Of a stretch of 64,000 nucleotides of DNA, positions 27,522 through 35,136 are shown one piece after another. This stretch comes from a virus: IMG/VR virus record IMGVR_UViG_3300025834_000005; one strand, written 5' to 3'. The notes under the pieces were generated by a model that ran no database searches, was not told the origin of the DNA, and saw nothing but the letters and a program-made list of their open reading frames with translations. Position 1 is the stretch's first letter; the number at the start of each line of letters is the position of its first letter. The translations under genes were made by a program, and so were the position numbers.

Positions 27522-28802
27522 ATGGACAATAAATATAAAATATTAATAAATAAGGCTAAAAATATTGATTCGGTTAATACCGATACCAATATTAGAATAG
27601 AACTTACCAGAAAATCTGATTCGGTTGAAGAATCTGAGTACGATAAGAACGTTAGCTCCACCGATGTGTTCAATTCTGAGAGAGAGTCTAATAATAATTA
27701 TCGAATATATGGCTCAATCGAATATATGTCAATGTTGAACGGTATAAAAAACAACTTAAGTGCAGCCAGTAGAGATGACTACTTTATAACTGTTACTGGC
27801 GATACAAAAAGCCTTTTAAACTCATTTGAATTTTACCTATTAAAACCAAAAGTGGCTTCCGCTTATTCAGGTGTTACGGCAAGCACATATACCAGATATT
27901 TTGATGTTATAGCTAAGCCAGAAGATTTCGACGTGTATAATGCTGGATTTTCGAAGAATGTTTACGGCGATCAGAAATTCTCATTTGTGATTAATAAAGA
28001 TATCAAGGAAAATGATTTAGAAATTACTATCAATCCAGATACTCTAATGCCTTTCGGTAAATTTTATGAAAGAAATAATTTACCTGTTACAGAACTTTTT
28101 ATTTATGCTAAATATCTTGTAGGTGTCGGCGAAACAATGCAAGGACTATCTTGGGATATAAACGGTAATCCTATAACAGGTTCTACAAGTATGAGCGACT
28201 ATATGTCGATGGATATGTCAACATTTTCGCAATCGGGCGTATCAACACAGATTAATTATATTAATACACCATATATTGAAACAGGATCAACTAAATACTT
28301 CTCATGGTACTATTCTCCAATGATTCCTGTTAGAATAAATATGCTTAGCGATGAATTATTTAAAGTTGGATATCAGAAGGTAATTATATCTGGAAATACT
28401 ATTAACAGCAGTCCAACAAGTCCATTACCTTGGAGTTATGACCCTGTAATACCTATAGAACTTGGCGTATTATCAGGAAACACGTTCGATGTATATTCAG
28501 GAACAACTTCATATGATTTAATTAACTCAATGCCTGAACATGCTTATAATTTAGGTGATGGTAATTTTGTTTGGAGAAATATACTTCCGCAGAATTATAT
28601 TAATCCTGTAACAAGTGTTACGCTTAATAATCCATTCATGAATGGCAATAGATATATATTCAGTAGTATTATTTTGGATGTTAAAGCAAATAAGGGTGTA
28701 TTAAATACGGCAAACCTATTTAGTAATATAGGATTTAATTTTCAGAGTGTAAATAATGTTCCAGTTAGTGATATAAATGATATAGGTAAGCCATGCAAAT
28801 AA
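27522..28802 (+). CDS. Hypothetical structural protein (426 aa)
   Basis: Long ORF 4 nt after the upstream stop. Context only. Confidence 0.55.
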   Translation: MDNKYKILINKAKNIDSVNTDTNIRIELTRKSDSVEESEYDKNVSSTDVFNSERESNNNYRIYGSIEYMSMLNGIKNNLSAASRDDYFITVTGDTKSLLNSFEFYLLKPKVASAYSGVTASTYTRYFDVIAKPEDFDVYNAGFSKNVYGDQKFSFVINKDIKENDLEITINPDTLMPFGKFYERNNLPVTELFIYAKYLVGVGETMQGLSWDINGNPITGSTSMSDYMSMDMSTFSQSGVSTQINYINTPYIETGSTKYFSWYYSPMIPVRINMLSDELFKVGYQKVIISGNTINSSPTSPLPWSYDPVIPIELGVLSGNTFDVYSGTTSYDLINSMPEHAYNLGDGNFVWRNILPQNYINPVTSVTLNNPFMNGNRYIFSSIILDVKANKGVLNTANLFSNIGFNFQSVNNVPVSDINDIGKPCK

Positions 28803-29563
28803 AAAAGGTAGTAAGATATGTGGGTAGCGATGTTGTATTCAAAATACCATTATCTAATAATATGAATACTGTGGGGTCTGACGGCGATATCGATAAGATT
28901 GTTGATAGAGTTGAACCATTGTTTATAAATCCTATCGTTGATAACGAGGTGAAGAGGATTATGTATGAGTCAGGTGTAACCGCAAACATCAACTTCAAAT
29001 ATTATAATTATAGCGGTAGCACGTATACAACATCGCTTATAGATAGTGGAAACTTTACGTTATCCGAGTATGATTCGTATGATCAGAAATTATTAAACAG
29101 TTTCTACATATTTGACGTATTTGATAGCCCTAATGTTTTAAAACAGAGCAGAATATATCGATCATATCTATCAAAAATACATGTTGATAATGCTTTTACG
29201 ATATCAAATAGAACGAATCAGTTGAATTCTATATTTATTCCGTCTTATTTAGTGCAAAGCGACACTACCGAATATTACGGTAGACTTATGTTCTATAATG
29301 CAAAAAGAAATCGAATAATTACATTTTATAATGAATCACATAATGGTGATACCGTTACAATTAATAAAATGTTTTTTAAGCTATCTGTTAACTCAAATAC
29401 GAAAAGATGGTATTTTACAGAACCAGCTAATGCTATAGAAATTGTTGAGACTGGAAATGCTTTTGTTAATAAAGTAAACAGCAGCATGGAAGGTTTTGAG
29501 GTTATAAAACCTGTATATGCCGCTGGTACTAAATTTGATTACACGAATATTGATTACGTTTAA
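28793..29563 (+). CDS. Hypothetical structural protein (256 aa)
   Basis: Overlaps the upstream gene by 10 nt. Context only. Confidence 0.55.
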   Translation: MQIKKVVRYVGSDVVFKIPLSNNMNTVGSDGDIDKIVDRVEPLFINPIVDNEVKRIMYESGVTANINFKYYNYSGSTYTTSLIDSGNFTLSEYDSYDQKLLNSFYIFDVFDSPNVLKQSRIYRSYLSKIHVDNAFTISNRTNQLNSIFIPSYLVQSDTTEYYGRLMFYNAKRNRIITFYNESHNGDTVTINKMFFKLSVNSNTKRWYFTEPANAIEIVETGNAFVNKVNSSMEGFEVIKPVYAAGTKFDYTNIDYV

Positions 29564-30321
29564 GAAAAACTAAAACCAAGTTTTGGTGGTCTTTTTGATT
29601 TGGATATTTCGAAGTCTTTCTCGTCTTGTATAAAACCCATTAAATTTATGGTGTATTTTGTCACGAATAATCTTTCGCCTTCAATATTTTCAATAGGATT
29701 ATTTTCAGCAACGTCTTCGAATACCAAAGGCATTGGGTGATTCTTAACAAAAACAAATGCTTGACTTGACGCAAATGCTTTCAATGTTTGTTCATCGAAT
29801 AAATTAATATCTACACGATATTTAGTGAATAGTGATATTTCAAATTTTAGATCGACATTAATAGGCTCAGGAGTTTTAAATAAAAGATAAATTAATTCAC
29901 CATTATCCATTATAGGAACTTCGTAGAATCTGAATTTTTTTAACTGTGGTATCAAATATTTAATAGCACCTAATCGTGTGCCTTTGCCTTTTTCAGTTCG
30001 TCTCACAGTAATATAAGGTGTTGCTATATTTTTATCACCATCTGAAAATTTCCATGTCTTTGAAAATTCACCCCATCTATCATTATCAAGATAAAAACTT
30101 GGTACAATCTTACCATCAATAACAAGTTTCATTTTTTCACTGTTAACGAAATCGAATATAGCTGTATCTAAATCCTCAAGCTGTATGGTTCTCGGTAAAT
30201 ATTTAGTATTGATCTTTGTATCATTCATTAATTTCTCGATCCTATCCAAGCCATAATGCATGTAATCAGTTCCTATAATAGGCGGATTTGTATCGATAAT
30301 AATTCTTTTTGGTAATGACAT
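29560..30321 (-). CDS. Hypothetical late protein (253 aa)
   Basis: ORF with a perfect GTATTTATAT 9 nt upstream. Its stop overlaps the convergent gene's stop. Confidence 0.6.
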   Translation of the reverse strand: MSLPKRIIIDTNPPIIGTDYMHYGLDRIEKLMNDTKINTKYLPRTIQLEDLDTAIFDFVNSEKMKLVIDGKIVPSFYLDNDRWGEFSKTWKFSDGDKNIATPYITVRRTEKGKGTRLGAIKYLIPQLKKFRFYEVPIMDNGELIYLLFKTPEPINVDLKFEISLFTKYRVDINLFDEQTLKAFASSQAFVFVKNHPMPLVFEDVAENNPIENIEGERLFVTKYTINLMGFIQDEKDFEISKSKRPPKLGFSFS

Positions 30322-30330
30322 ACTTTTTTA

Positions 30331-30340
30331 ATATAAATAC
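30331..30340 (-). promoter_or_regulatory. Late-promoter-like motif GTATTTATAT
   Basis: AAGTATTTATATTA, 9 nt before the ATG of 29560..30321. Abuts the divergent host-type promoter. Confidence 0.5.
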
Positions 30341-30371
30341 TTGCTTTTCATTATAGATATTAATACCTTTG
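30341..30371 (+). promoter_or_regulatory. Bacteroidetes sigma-A-type promoter for the nucleotide-metabolism block
   Basis: cTTGc (30341-30343), 20 nt spacer, TACCTTTG (30364-30371), ATG at 30386. Confidence 0.55.
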
Positions 30372-30385
30372 CAAGAAAAATATTT

Positions 30386-30751
30386 ATGCTGATTAATAGA
30401 AAAGAAAAACTAAATGAGGATGGTACAATAGGATACATCGAATCGGTCTTCAATTCAGGAAATGTTATGAAAACAACATACTTTCCAGCTGATAATAAGC
30501 TATATATAGCGTTTAACAGAGGCGAAACATATAGTTATGCCAACGTATTGAATGAGCTGTATAATACATTTGAAAAGGCTGAATCTCAAGGCGTATTCTT
30601 CTTTAAAACCTTTAACAAGAATTCAAAATATCCGTCACGAAAGGAATTTACACTTTACCCAACTGAGGTGAAAGAGATAAAAGAAGAGATTAAGCAAATA
30701 ATTGAAGACCATAGTGGCGACGAAATGTTAATTACTGAGGGTGATGACTAA
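30386..30751 (+). CDS. KTSC-domain protein
   Basis: IESVFNSGN...LYIAFNRGETYSYANVLNELYNTFEKAESQGVFF fits the KTSC pattern. The ATG at 30386 lies just downstream of the TACCTTTG -7 box. The track start at 30341 is a TTG that is itself the -33 element. Confidence 0.5.
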   Translation: MLINRKEKLNEDGTIGYIESVFNSGNVMKTTYFPADNKLYIAFNRGETYSYANVLNELYNTFEKAESQGVFFFKTFNKNSKYPSRKEFTLYPTEVKEIKEEIKQIIEDHSGDEMLITEGDD

Positions 30752-31085
30752 AACAAATAATATTGATTGGAAATCAAAGGGATTTTTTAAATTCTTACCC
30801 GAAGAAAAGCATAAATATGCTGCAAATGTGCTTAATTTTATGTTTGACCATATGCTTGAAAATTATGGTGAACATGGACATTCATATATTTTCGCATGTG
30901 TGTTGCGAATTATGACTGAATACATCTTGATAAAAAGCGAAGTTCTCGATATTATTGATGAACTCATGTCAGACGAATTTAGACGACAGGCATCAAATCC
31001 TGATTTATTTGGTATCGACGCAGAGGCTACATTCATCCGTGCATATTGCGAAAATAAGGTTAAACAATTAAAAAACATAAAATAA
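30741..31085 (+). CDS. Hypothetical protein (114 aa)
   Basis: ORF in the early block, with overlapping start. Confidence 0.5.
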   Translation: MMTKTNNIDWKSKGFFKFLPEEKHKYAANVLNFMFDHMLENYGEHGHSYIFACVLRIMTEYILIKSEVLDIIDELMSDEFRRQASNPDLFGIDAEATFIRAYCENKVKQLKNIK

Positions 31086-31408
31086 TGAATACTAAATATT
31101 ATACCGATTATCAAAACCCAGAAGGCGAGGATTGTGGAATGCTCATGCATGAAAAGCTGGATAGATTGAAACGAAACATGCAAAATGACCATCCATACAT
31201 ATTTAGCGATGTGATATATACTTTATTATCAGATAAAAGGGTTCATGTATCTGAATCGACTATTTTTGAGGTTGATGATGTAACAGTTACAGCCGATTTT
31301 CTTAATATTTATCAGATTAAATGGATGTTAAAAGAAGATAAGAGCGTGGTAATCTATAGCGTTCATTATGATACAGCACAAGACACATTAAGAGGATTTA
31401 TTTTTTAA
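31085..31408 (+). CDS. Hypothetical protein (107 aa)
   Basis: ATAATG overlap with the upstream stop. Confidence 0.5.
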   Translation: MNTKYYTDYQNPEGEDCGMLMHEKLDRLKRNMQNDHPYIFSDVIYTLLSDKRVHVSESTIFEVDDVTVTADFLNIYQIKWMLKEDKSVVIYSVHYDTAQDTLRGFIF

Positions 31409-31415
31409 ATAATAT

Positions 31416-31895
31416 ATGAAAGCAAAAATTTACATTAAGTATCACAACCAGAATTGTAAACTGGAATCACATGGTAATTGGATTGATTTAAAATCCGCCG
31501 AATCAGTAGTTATGCCAAAAGCTACGCATCGTTTAATTAACTTAGGCTTCGCATGTAAGCTCCCTAAGTATTTTCAGGCAAACATTGCACCAAGGTCTTC
31601 AACTTATAATAAGTTTGGATTAATACAGGCTAATCATTATGGTGTGGTTGACGGGCCTGATGCGACAAGCGATGGATATTCTGGTAATGACGACCACTGG
31701 AAATTTAGTGCATTATCTATGGGTACTGCTAAAGTGAATGAGGGTGATAGAATTTGTCAGTTTGAAATTAGACCAGCTATGTTCGCACCTTGGTATGTTA
31801 AATTGAAATGGATATTTACGAACGGAGTTAAGTTTATCGAAGTCGATGATCTTAAATCAAAAAGCAGAGGCGGATATGGTAGTACAGGAAAATAA
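31416..31895 (+). CDS. dut: dUTP diphosphatase (trimeric dUTPase)
   Basis: Motifs WIDLKSA, APRSSTYNKFGL, GVVDG...Y.G, GDRICQFEI and the C-terminal SRGGYGSTGK. Confidence 0.8.
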   Translation: MKAKIYIKYHNQNCKLESHGNWIDLKSAESVVMPKATHRLINLGFACKLPKYFQANIAPRSSTYNKFGLIQANHYGVVDGPDATSDGYSGNDDHWKFSALSMGTAKVNEGDRICQFEIRPAMFAPWYVKLKWIFTNGVKFIEVDDLKSKSRGGYGSTGK

Positions 31896-32100
31896 ACTTA
31901 GTCCTTTGAAGAGACTTAATCATAGTATTGATGATTTGAATAGCTCATTTAAACTTTATTGTATAAAAAAATATCCAGAAGACGAATTTCTACAGTCTAT
32001 GATTTCTGATATGTTATATTTCGAATCAAAAAGAGCATACTTGAAAGCAAGAAAACTTATAAAAAAAGGTAGGCGAATCATACACTCGAAATTAGGGTAA
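31876..32100 (+). CDS. Hypothetical protein (about 74 aa)
   Basis: ORF overlapping the dUTPase end. The internal ATG at 31876 is preferred to the track start at 31846. Confidence 0.4.
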   Translation: MVVQENKLSPLKRLNHSIDDLNSSFKLYCIKKYPEDEFLQSMISDMLYFESKRAYLKARKLIKKGRRIIHSKLG

Positions 32101-32141
32101 ATATTATATGATAAAATGTATAACAATTAATAATTATAAAA

Positions 32142-32606
32142 ATGAAGAAGAAAGATTGTAATTTTGGATTAGAGTGGGATTATAAAGGTATGCTGAGCAC
32201 ACCTTATCCTAATGGCAAGCAGAGTGATTGGAATCAGATATTGATGACCATCGTTAATCAAGTATCTGTTAACATTAATAAATTGTCATTTAGAGGCGGA
32301 GCAACTCATATTGAAATTAACTCAAAGCTATTACCATTGCTTAAAACTATGGAGTATTATAATGATGACGAAAAAATGCTGTCGAGTTATCATGTTGTGA
32401 TTAATGAGAAAACAGAAAAAGACACCATTATCATGTATAACAAGAGTTTGCTTGAGAATATTGACGCAATCCCAATTGTTAACGGTAATGAGGGCGAGAA
32501 TGGTATGATCACATTTACATTTTATAAACCATCTGATTGTAGTAAAGAAGACGTGATTACGTATATGCGGAATTTGTGCGGTTACATTGACATTAAAAAT
32601 TTTTAA
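32142..32606 (+). CDS. Truncated paralog of the major capsid protein C-terminal region (154 aa)
   Basis: By hand, WDYKGMLSTPYPNGKQSDWNQILMTIVNQVSVNINKLSFRGGATHIEINSKLLPLLKTMEYY aligns to MCP residues about 376-441, WDYNGLRRQTTPYMGTQKDWNQTLLTKINQISAQIHKSTLRGGASWIVVSPEVSAVMDDLEYF. Roughly 27 identities in about 64 columns, and similarity continues (LSSYHVVI / LSSRYLVY). Confidence 0.7.
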   Translation: MKKKDCNFGLEWDYKGMLSTPYPNGKQSDWNQILMTIVNQVSVNINKLSFRGGATHIEINSKLLPLLKTMEYYNDDEKMLSSYHVVINEKTEKDTIIMYNKSLLENIDAIPIVNGNEGENGMITFTFYKPSDCSKEDVITYMRNLCGYIDIKNF

Positions 32607-33794
32607 ATGAAAAGTTATCAAAAAGTATTGAAGAAAATTCTCAAGAAAGGCGTTGAGAAAGAAAGCGGCAGAGCTAACATGCCAAATACGATTGGCTTAT
32701 CGCATGCAGTGATACAAATGGATTTGCAAAAGGGCTTTCCATTGCTAACAACTAAGAAAATGCATTGGAAAGGCATTGTTCATGAATTGCTATGGTTTCT
32801 CAGAGGTGAAACAAATATAAAATATCTTATCGATAATAACTGTAATATTTGGAATGCCGACGCTTATCGCTGGTATTTGAAATATGCTGAACTAAATTCG
32901 CCTTCATCAACTAAAAGAAACATTTTGACTGATGGTGAAGATGGGACTGATCGAATTTTTACTATGGAAGAGTTTGTATTCGTGGTAAAAAATGTCGGCT
33001 CTAAAGGTTTACCTGTGTTTGAATATGAGTATGAAAAATATTATACCCTTGGTGATCTTGGTAAAGTTTATGGTCATCAGTGGAGAAATCAAAATGGTGT
33101 TGATCAGGTTGCTGAGGTATTGGACGGTTTGAAAAATAATCCGTATAGTCGTTATCACATTATCGATGGCTGGAATAAGGCAGATTTTAGAGAAATGGCT
33201 TTACCTCCTTGTCATTTATTGTATCAGTTTATCGTTAGACCTATTAGTACTGCGGAGAGAGTAAAAATGTATGATAATAATGGTGATATGATTCATCGTG
33301 TATTAGGTACAGCCATTTTCCCAGAGAATGTTTTGTATTTAGGCGAAAACAATTTATTCGAGGTTGAATACCCTGACCCTATTGGAATTGAGTATTCACA
33401 GGAAGATATCGATTATCTTGATGCCAAGAATATTCCTAAGTTCTATCTTGACTTGAATATGTATCAAAGATCGGTTGACACGGCACTTGGGTGTCCATAT
33501 AATATAGCATCAATGTCAATACTTCTAATGTTATTTGCAAAGGTGAACAATATGATTCCAAGTATAGCTACTTGGATTGGAGGTGATACACATTTATACG
33601 TGAATCATATAGAGACTGCTAAAGAACAGATAACAAGAGAGCCTTATCCGTTGTCAACGCTTAATATTAATAAGGAACTTAATTCTCTTGAAGATATATT
33701 AAGTTTATCTATTGATGATTTTGAATTGGTCGGTTATCAATCTCATCCAAAGATTAACTATGAGCTATTTGTGGGATTATCAAAAAAAGCATAA
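32607..33794 (+). CDS. thyA: Thymidylate synthase (ThyA) family enzyme, unusually long (395 aa)
   Basis: HELLWFLRGETN, VYGHQWR, ALPPCHLLYQF (catalytic Cys), MYQRSVDTALGCPYNIAS, GGDTHLYVNH. Two large insertions relative to E. coli ThyA as I remember it. Confidence 0.8.
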   Translation: MKSYQKVLKKILKKGVEKESGRANMPNTIGLSHAVIQMDLQKGFPLLTTKKMHWKGIVHELLWFLRGETNIKYLIDNNCNIWNADAYRWYLKYAELNSPSSTKRNILTDGEDGTDRIFTMEEFVFVVKNVGSKGLPVFEYEYEKYYTLGDLGKVYGHQWRNQNGVDQVAEVLDGLKNNPYSRYHIIDGWNKADFREMALPPCHLLYQFIVRPISTAERVKMYDNNGDMIHRVLGTAIFPENVLYLGENNLFEVEYPDPIGIEYSQEDIDYLDAKNIPKFYLDLNMYQRSVDTALGCPYNIASMSILLMLFAKVNNMIPSIATWIGGDTHLYVNHIETAKEQITREPYPLSTLNINKELNSLEDILSLSIDDFELVGYQSHPKINYELFVGLSKKA

Positions 33795-33795
33795 T

Positions 33796-34035
33796 ATGAG
33801 AAAAAGACGAGACGATGTTGAGGTTGCGATAGTTAACATATTATTATCTGAATCTAAAGAAACAGTATTTAACACTGTTTGTGATGACGAGGTTCTTAGC
33901 ATGGCTATCGATTCTCTTCTTGATGATCTTTACTCTAAAAATATCGAAGTCTTTTTTAGGGACAGGAATATAGTTATAACTGAAAACGGATATTATGTTG
34001 CTGTTTATCCAAAAGACCTTATAAAGGTTGAATAA
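33796..34035 (+). CDS. Hypothetical protein (79 aa)
   Basis: The ATG at 33796 is 1 nt after the thyA stop. The track's longer version overlaps thyA by 83 nt and is less likely. Confidence 0.45.
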   Translation: MRKRRDDVEVAIVNILLSESKETVFNTVCDDEVLSMAIDSLLDDLYSKNIEVFFRDRNIVITENGYYVAVYPKDLIKVE

Positions 34036-34037
34036 AT

Positions 34038-34277
34038 ATGATTCTAAGTATAATAATATTAATATTAGCGATAATAATATTATTGCTGATATTATTATTA
34101 TCAAAAACATTAAAATCAGCTTTAATATTATCGAGTAAGGAAAAAGATTTCATTAAGTTCGCTTTTGATATCTTCATTGACTATGGCGACACATTAGGAA
34201 TTCAGTCCGAAGATCAGCGTAAGTTAATAACAGCCGAACTTGAAAAGATAAAAACAAAACTGGACAAACAACAATAG
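34038..34277 (+). CDS. Small membrane protein (N-terminal TM helix)
   Basis: MILSIIILILAIIILLLILLLSK followed by a charged helical tail. Last gene before a strong terminator. Confidence 0.5.
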   Translation: MILSIIILILAIIILLLILLLSKTLKSALILSSKEKDFIKFAFDIFIDYGDTLGIQSEDQRKLITAELEKIKTKLDKQQ

Positions 34278-34292
34278 TTTGTCCAGTTTTTT
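34260..34292. terminator. Bidirectional intrinsic terminator ending the nucleotide-metabolism block
   Basis: ctggacaaac-N7-gtttgtccag followed by tttttt. On the minus strand it is followed by TTTTGTTTTT. Confidence 0.75.
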
Positions 34293-34316
34293 ATATTAAA
34301 TACAATCCATTTTTTA

Positions 34317-34402
34317 CTTCTATAACGGTAAAAGTTACCGCTTTACGGCTACCCACCTATGGTAATCGGGTAATATAGGTGCTATAGCGGTAATTATAGA
34401 AG
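34317..34402. other. G/C-enriched multi-hairpin element with repeated (C)GGTAA(T)/TTACCG units
   Basis: 9-bp closing stem CTTCTATAA (34317-34325) / TTATAGAAG (34394-34402). Hairpin CGGTAAaagTTACCG (34326-34340). Hairpin CACCTAT-N14-ATAGGTG (34354-34381). Alternative pairing of TTACCGCT with AGCGGTAA. Confidence 0.5.
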
Positions 34403-34600
34403 CATACCGTATAATTGAACTGAGTTGTTTCTAATATCGATGACACGACTCTTAACTAAGAATATATCATGTGAGTCGCCGAATAAAATATGATCGCCTA
34501 TAATAGGTACAGGAACTAAATAGGATTCATATGTATGAAACAGGCTGTGATTTACGAAATCATTATTCTCGTCGGTACTAACTATTAATGTTATTTCCAT
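34394..34600 (-). CDS. Hypothetical protein (68 aa)
   Basis: Its ATG lies 1 nt after the upstream stop, in an operon with 34602..36264. Confidence 0.45.
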   Translation of the reverse strand: MEITLIVSTDENNDFVNHSLFHTYESYLVPVPIIGDHILFGDSHDIFLVKSRVIDIRNNSVQLYGMLL

Positions 34601-34601
34601 A

Positions 34602-35135
34602 TTATTCGATATTTATTACATCTGATTTTACAGGTATGCATACGATTGACTTGAAATAAGGCTTGAATCCGCCAATGCTCTTATTAGTTGTGTCAGTTAC
34701 GTTGTTAGCTTTCTCAACCTCATAGAATCGACTCTTTTCGCCACTAAAGTTATACTCAATAATATCACCTCTGTTAATCTCGGCATTCTTTTCCTCTAAC
34801 TCCTTTAAATAGATTCCGAAAGTTAAATTACCTGTGTCATCACGTGTTATACCGCCGTTATCAGCACCGTAAAACACTTGTTCGCCGTCTTCGATTGTTA
34901 GCATCACATTCAACTTTATAACAGGCAGAAATTTCTTATCGGTACTCTTAGCTTGTCCGTATAAACTGTGCGACTTAGTTTCAATGATATTAATACGATG
35001 AAGATTTACATATTGAACGTTATCAGTTTTTAAAAACTGCCTACCATAGAATACATCAAGATCAAATGAGTTGTCACTCATAAATAAACCATATCTTTCG
35101 TCCTCTAAATTTATTCTATTTGCTTTCTTTCTCAT
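34602..35135 (-). CDS. Hypothetical late protein (177 aa), possibly neck/head completion
   Basis: Packed 1 nt after the 375-aa gene in a late-motif-driven operon. Function is a guess. Confidence 0.5.
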   Translation of the reverse strand: MRKKANRINLEDERYGLFMSDNSFDLDVFYGRQFLKTDNVQYVNLHRINIIETKSHSLYGQAKSTDKKFLPVIKLNVMLTIEDGEQVFYGADNGGITRDDTGNLTFGIYLKELEEKNAEINRGDIIEYNFSGEKSRFYEVEKANNVTDTTNKSIGGFKPYFKSIVCIPVKSDVINIE

Positions 35136-35136
35136 A

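Noticed and set aside
34293-34305. Late-motif-like GTATTTAATAT on the minus strand, between the structured element and the terminator.
   Set aside because: It points straight into the terminator hairpin with no downstream gene, so it is probably fortuitous in AT-rich sequence.
34317-34402. The structured element considered as a tRNA gene.
   Set aside because: There is no GTTCRANNC T-loop and no D-loop consensus. The closing stem is 9 bp and the first hairpin has a 3-nt loop, so the geometry does not fit a cloverleaf. It is kept only as an unclassified structured element.
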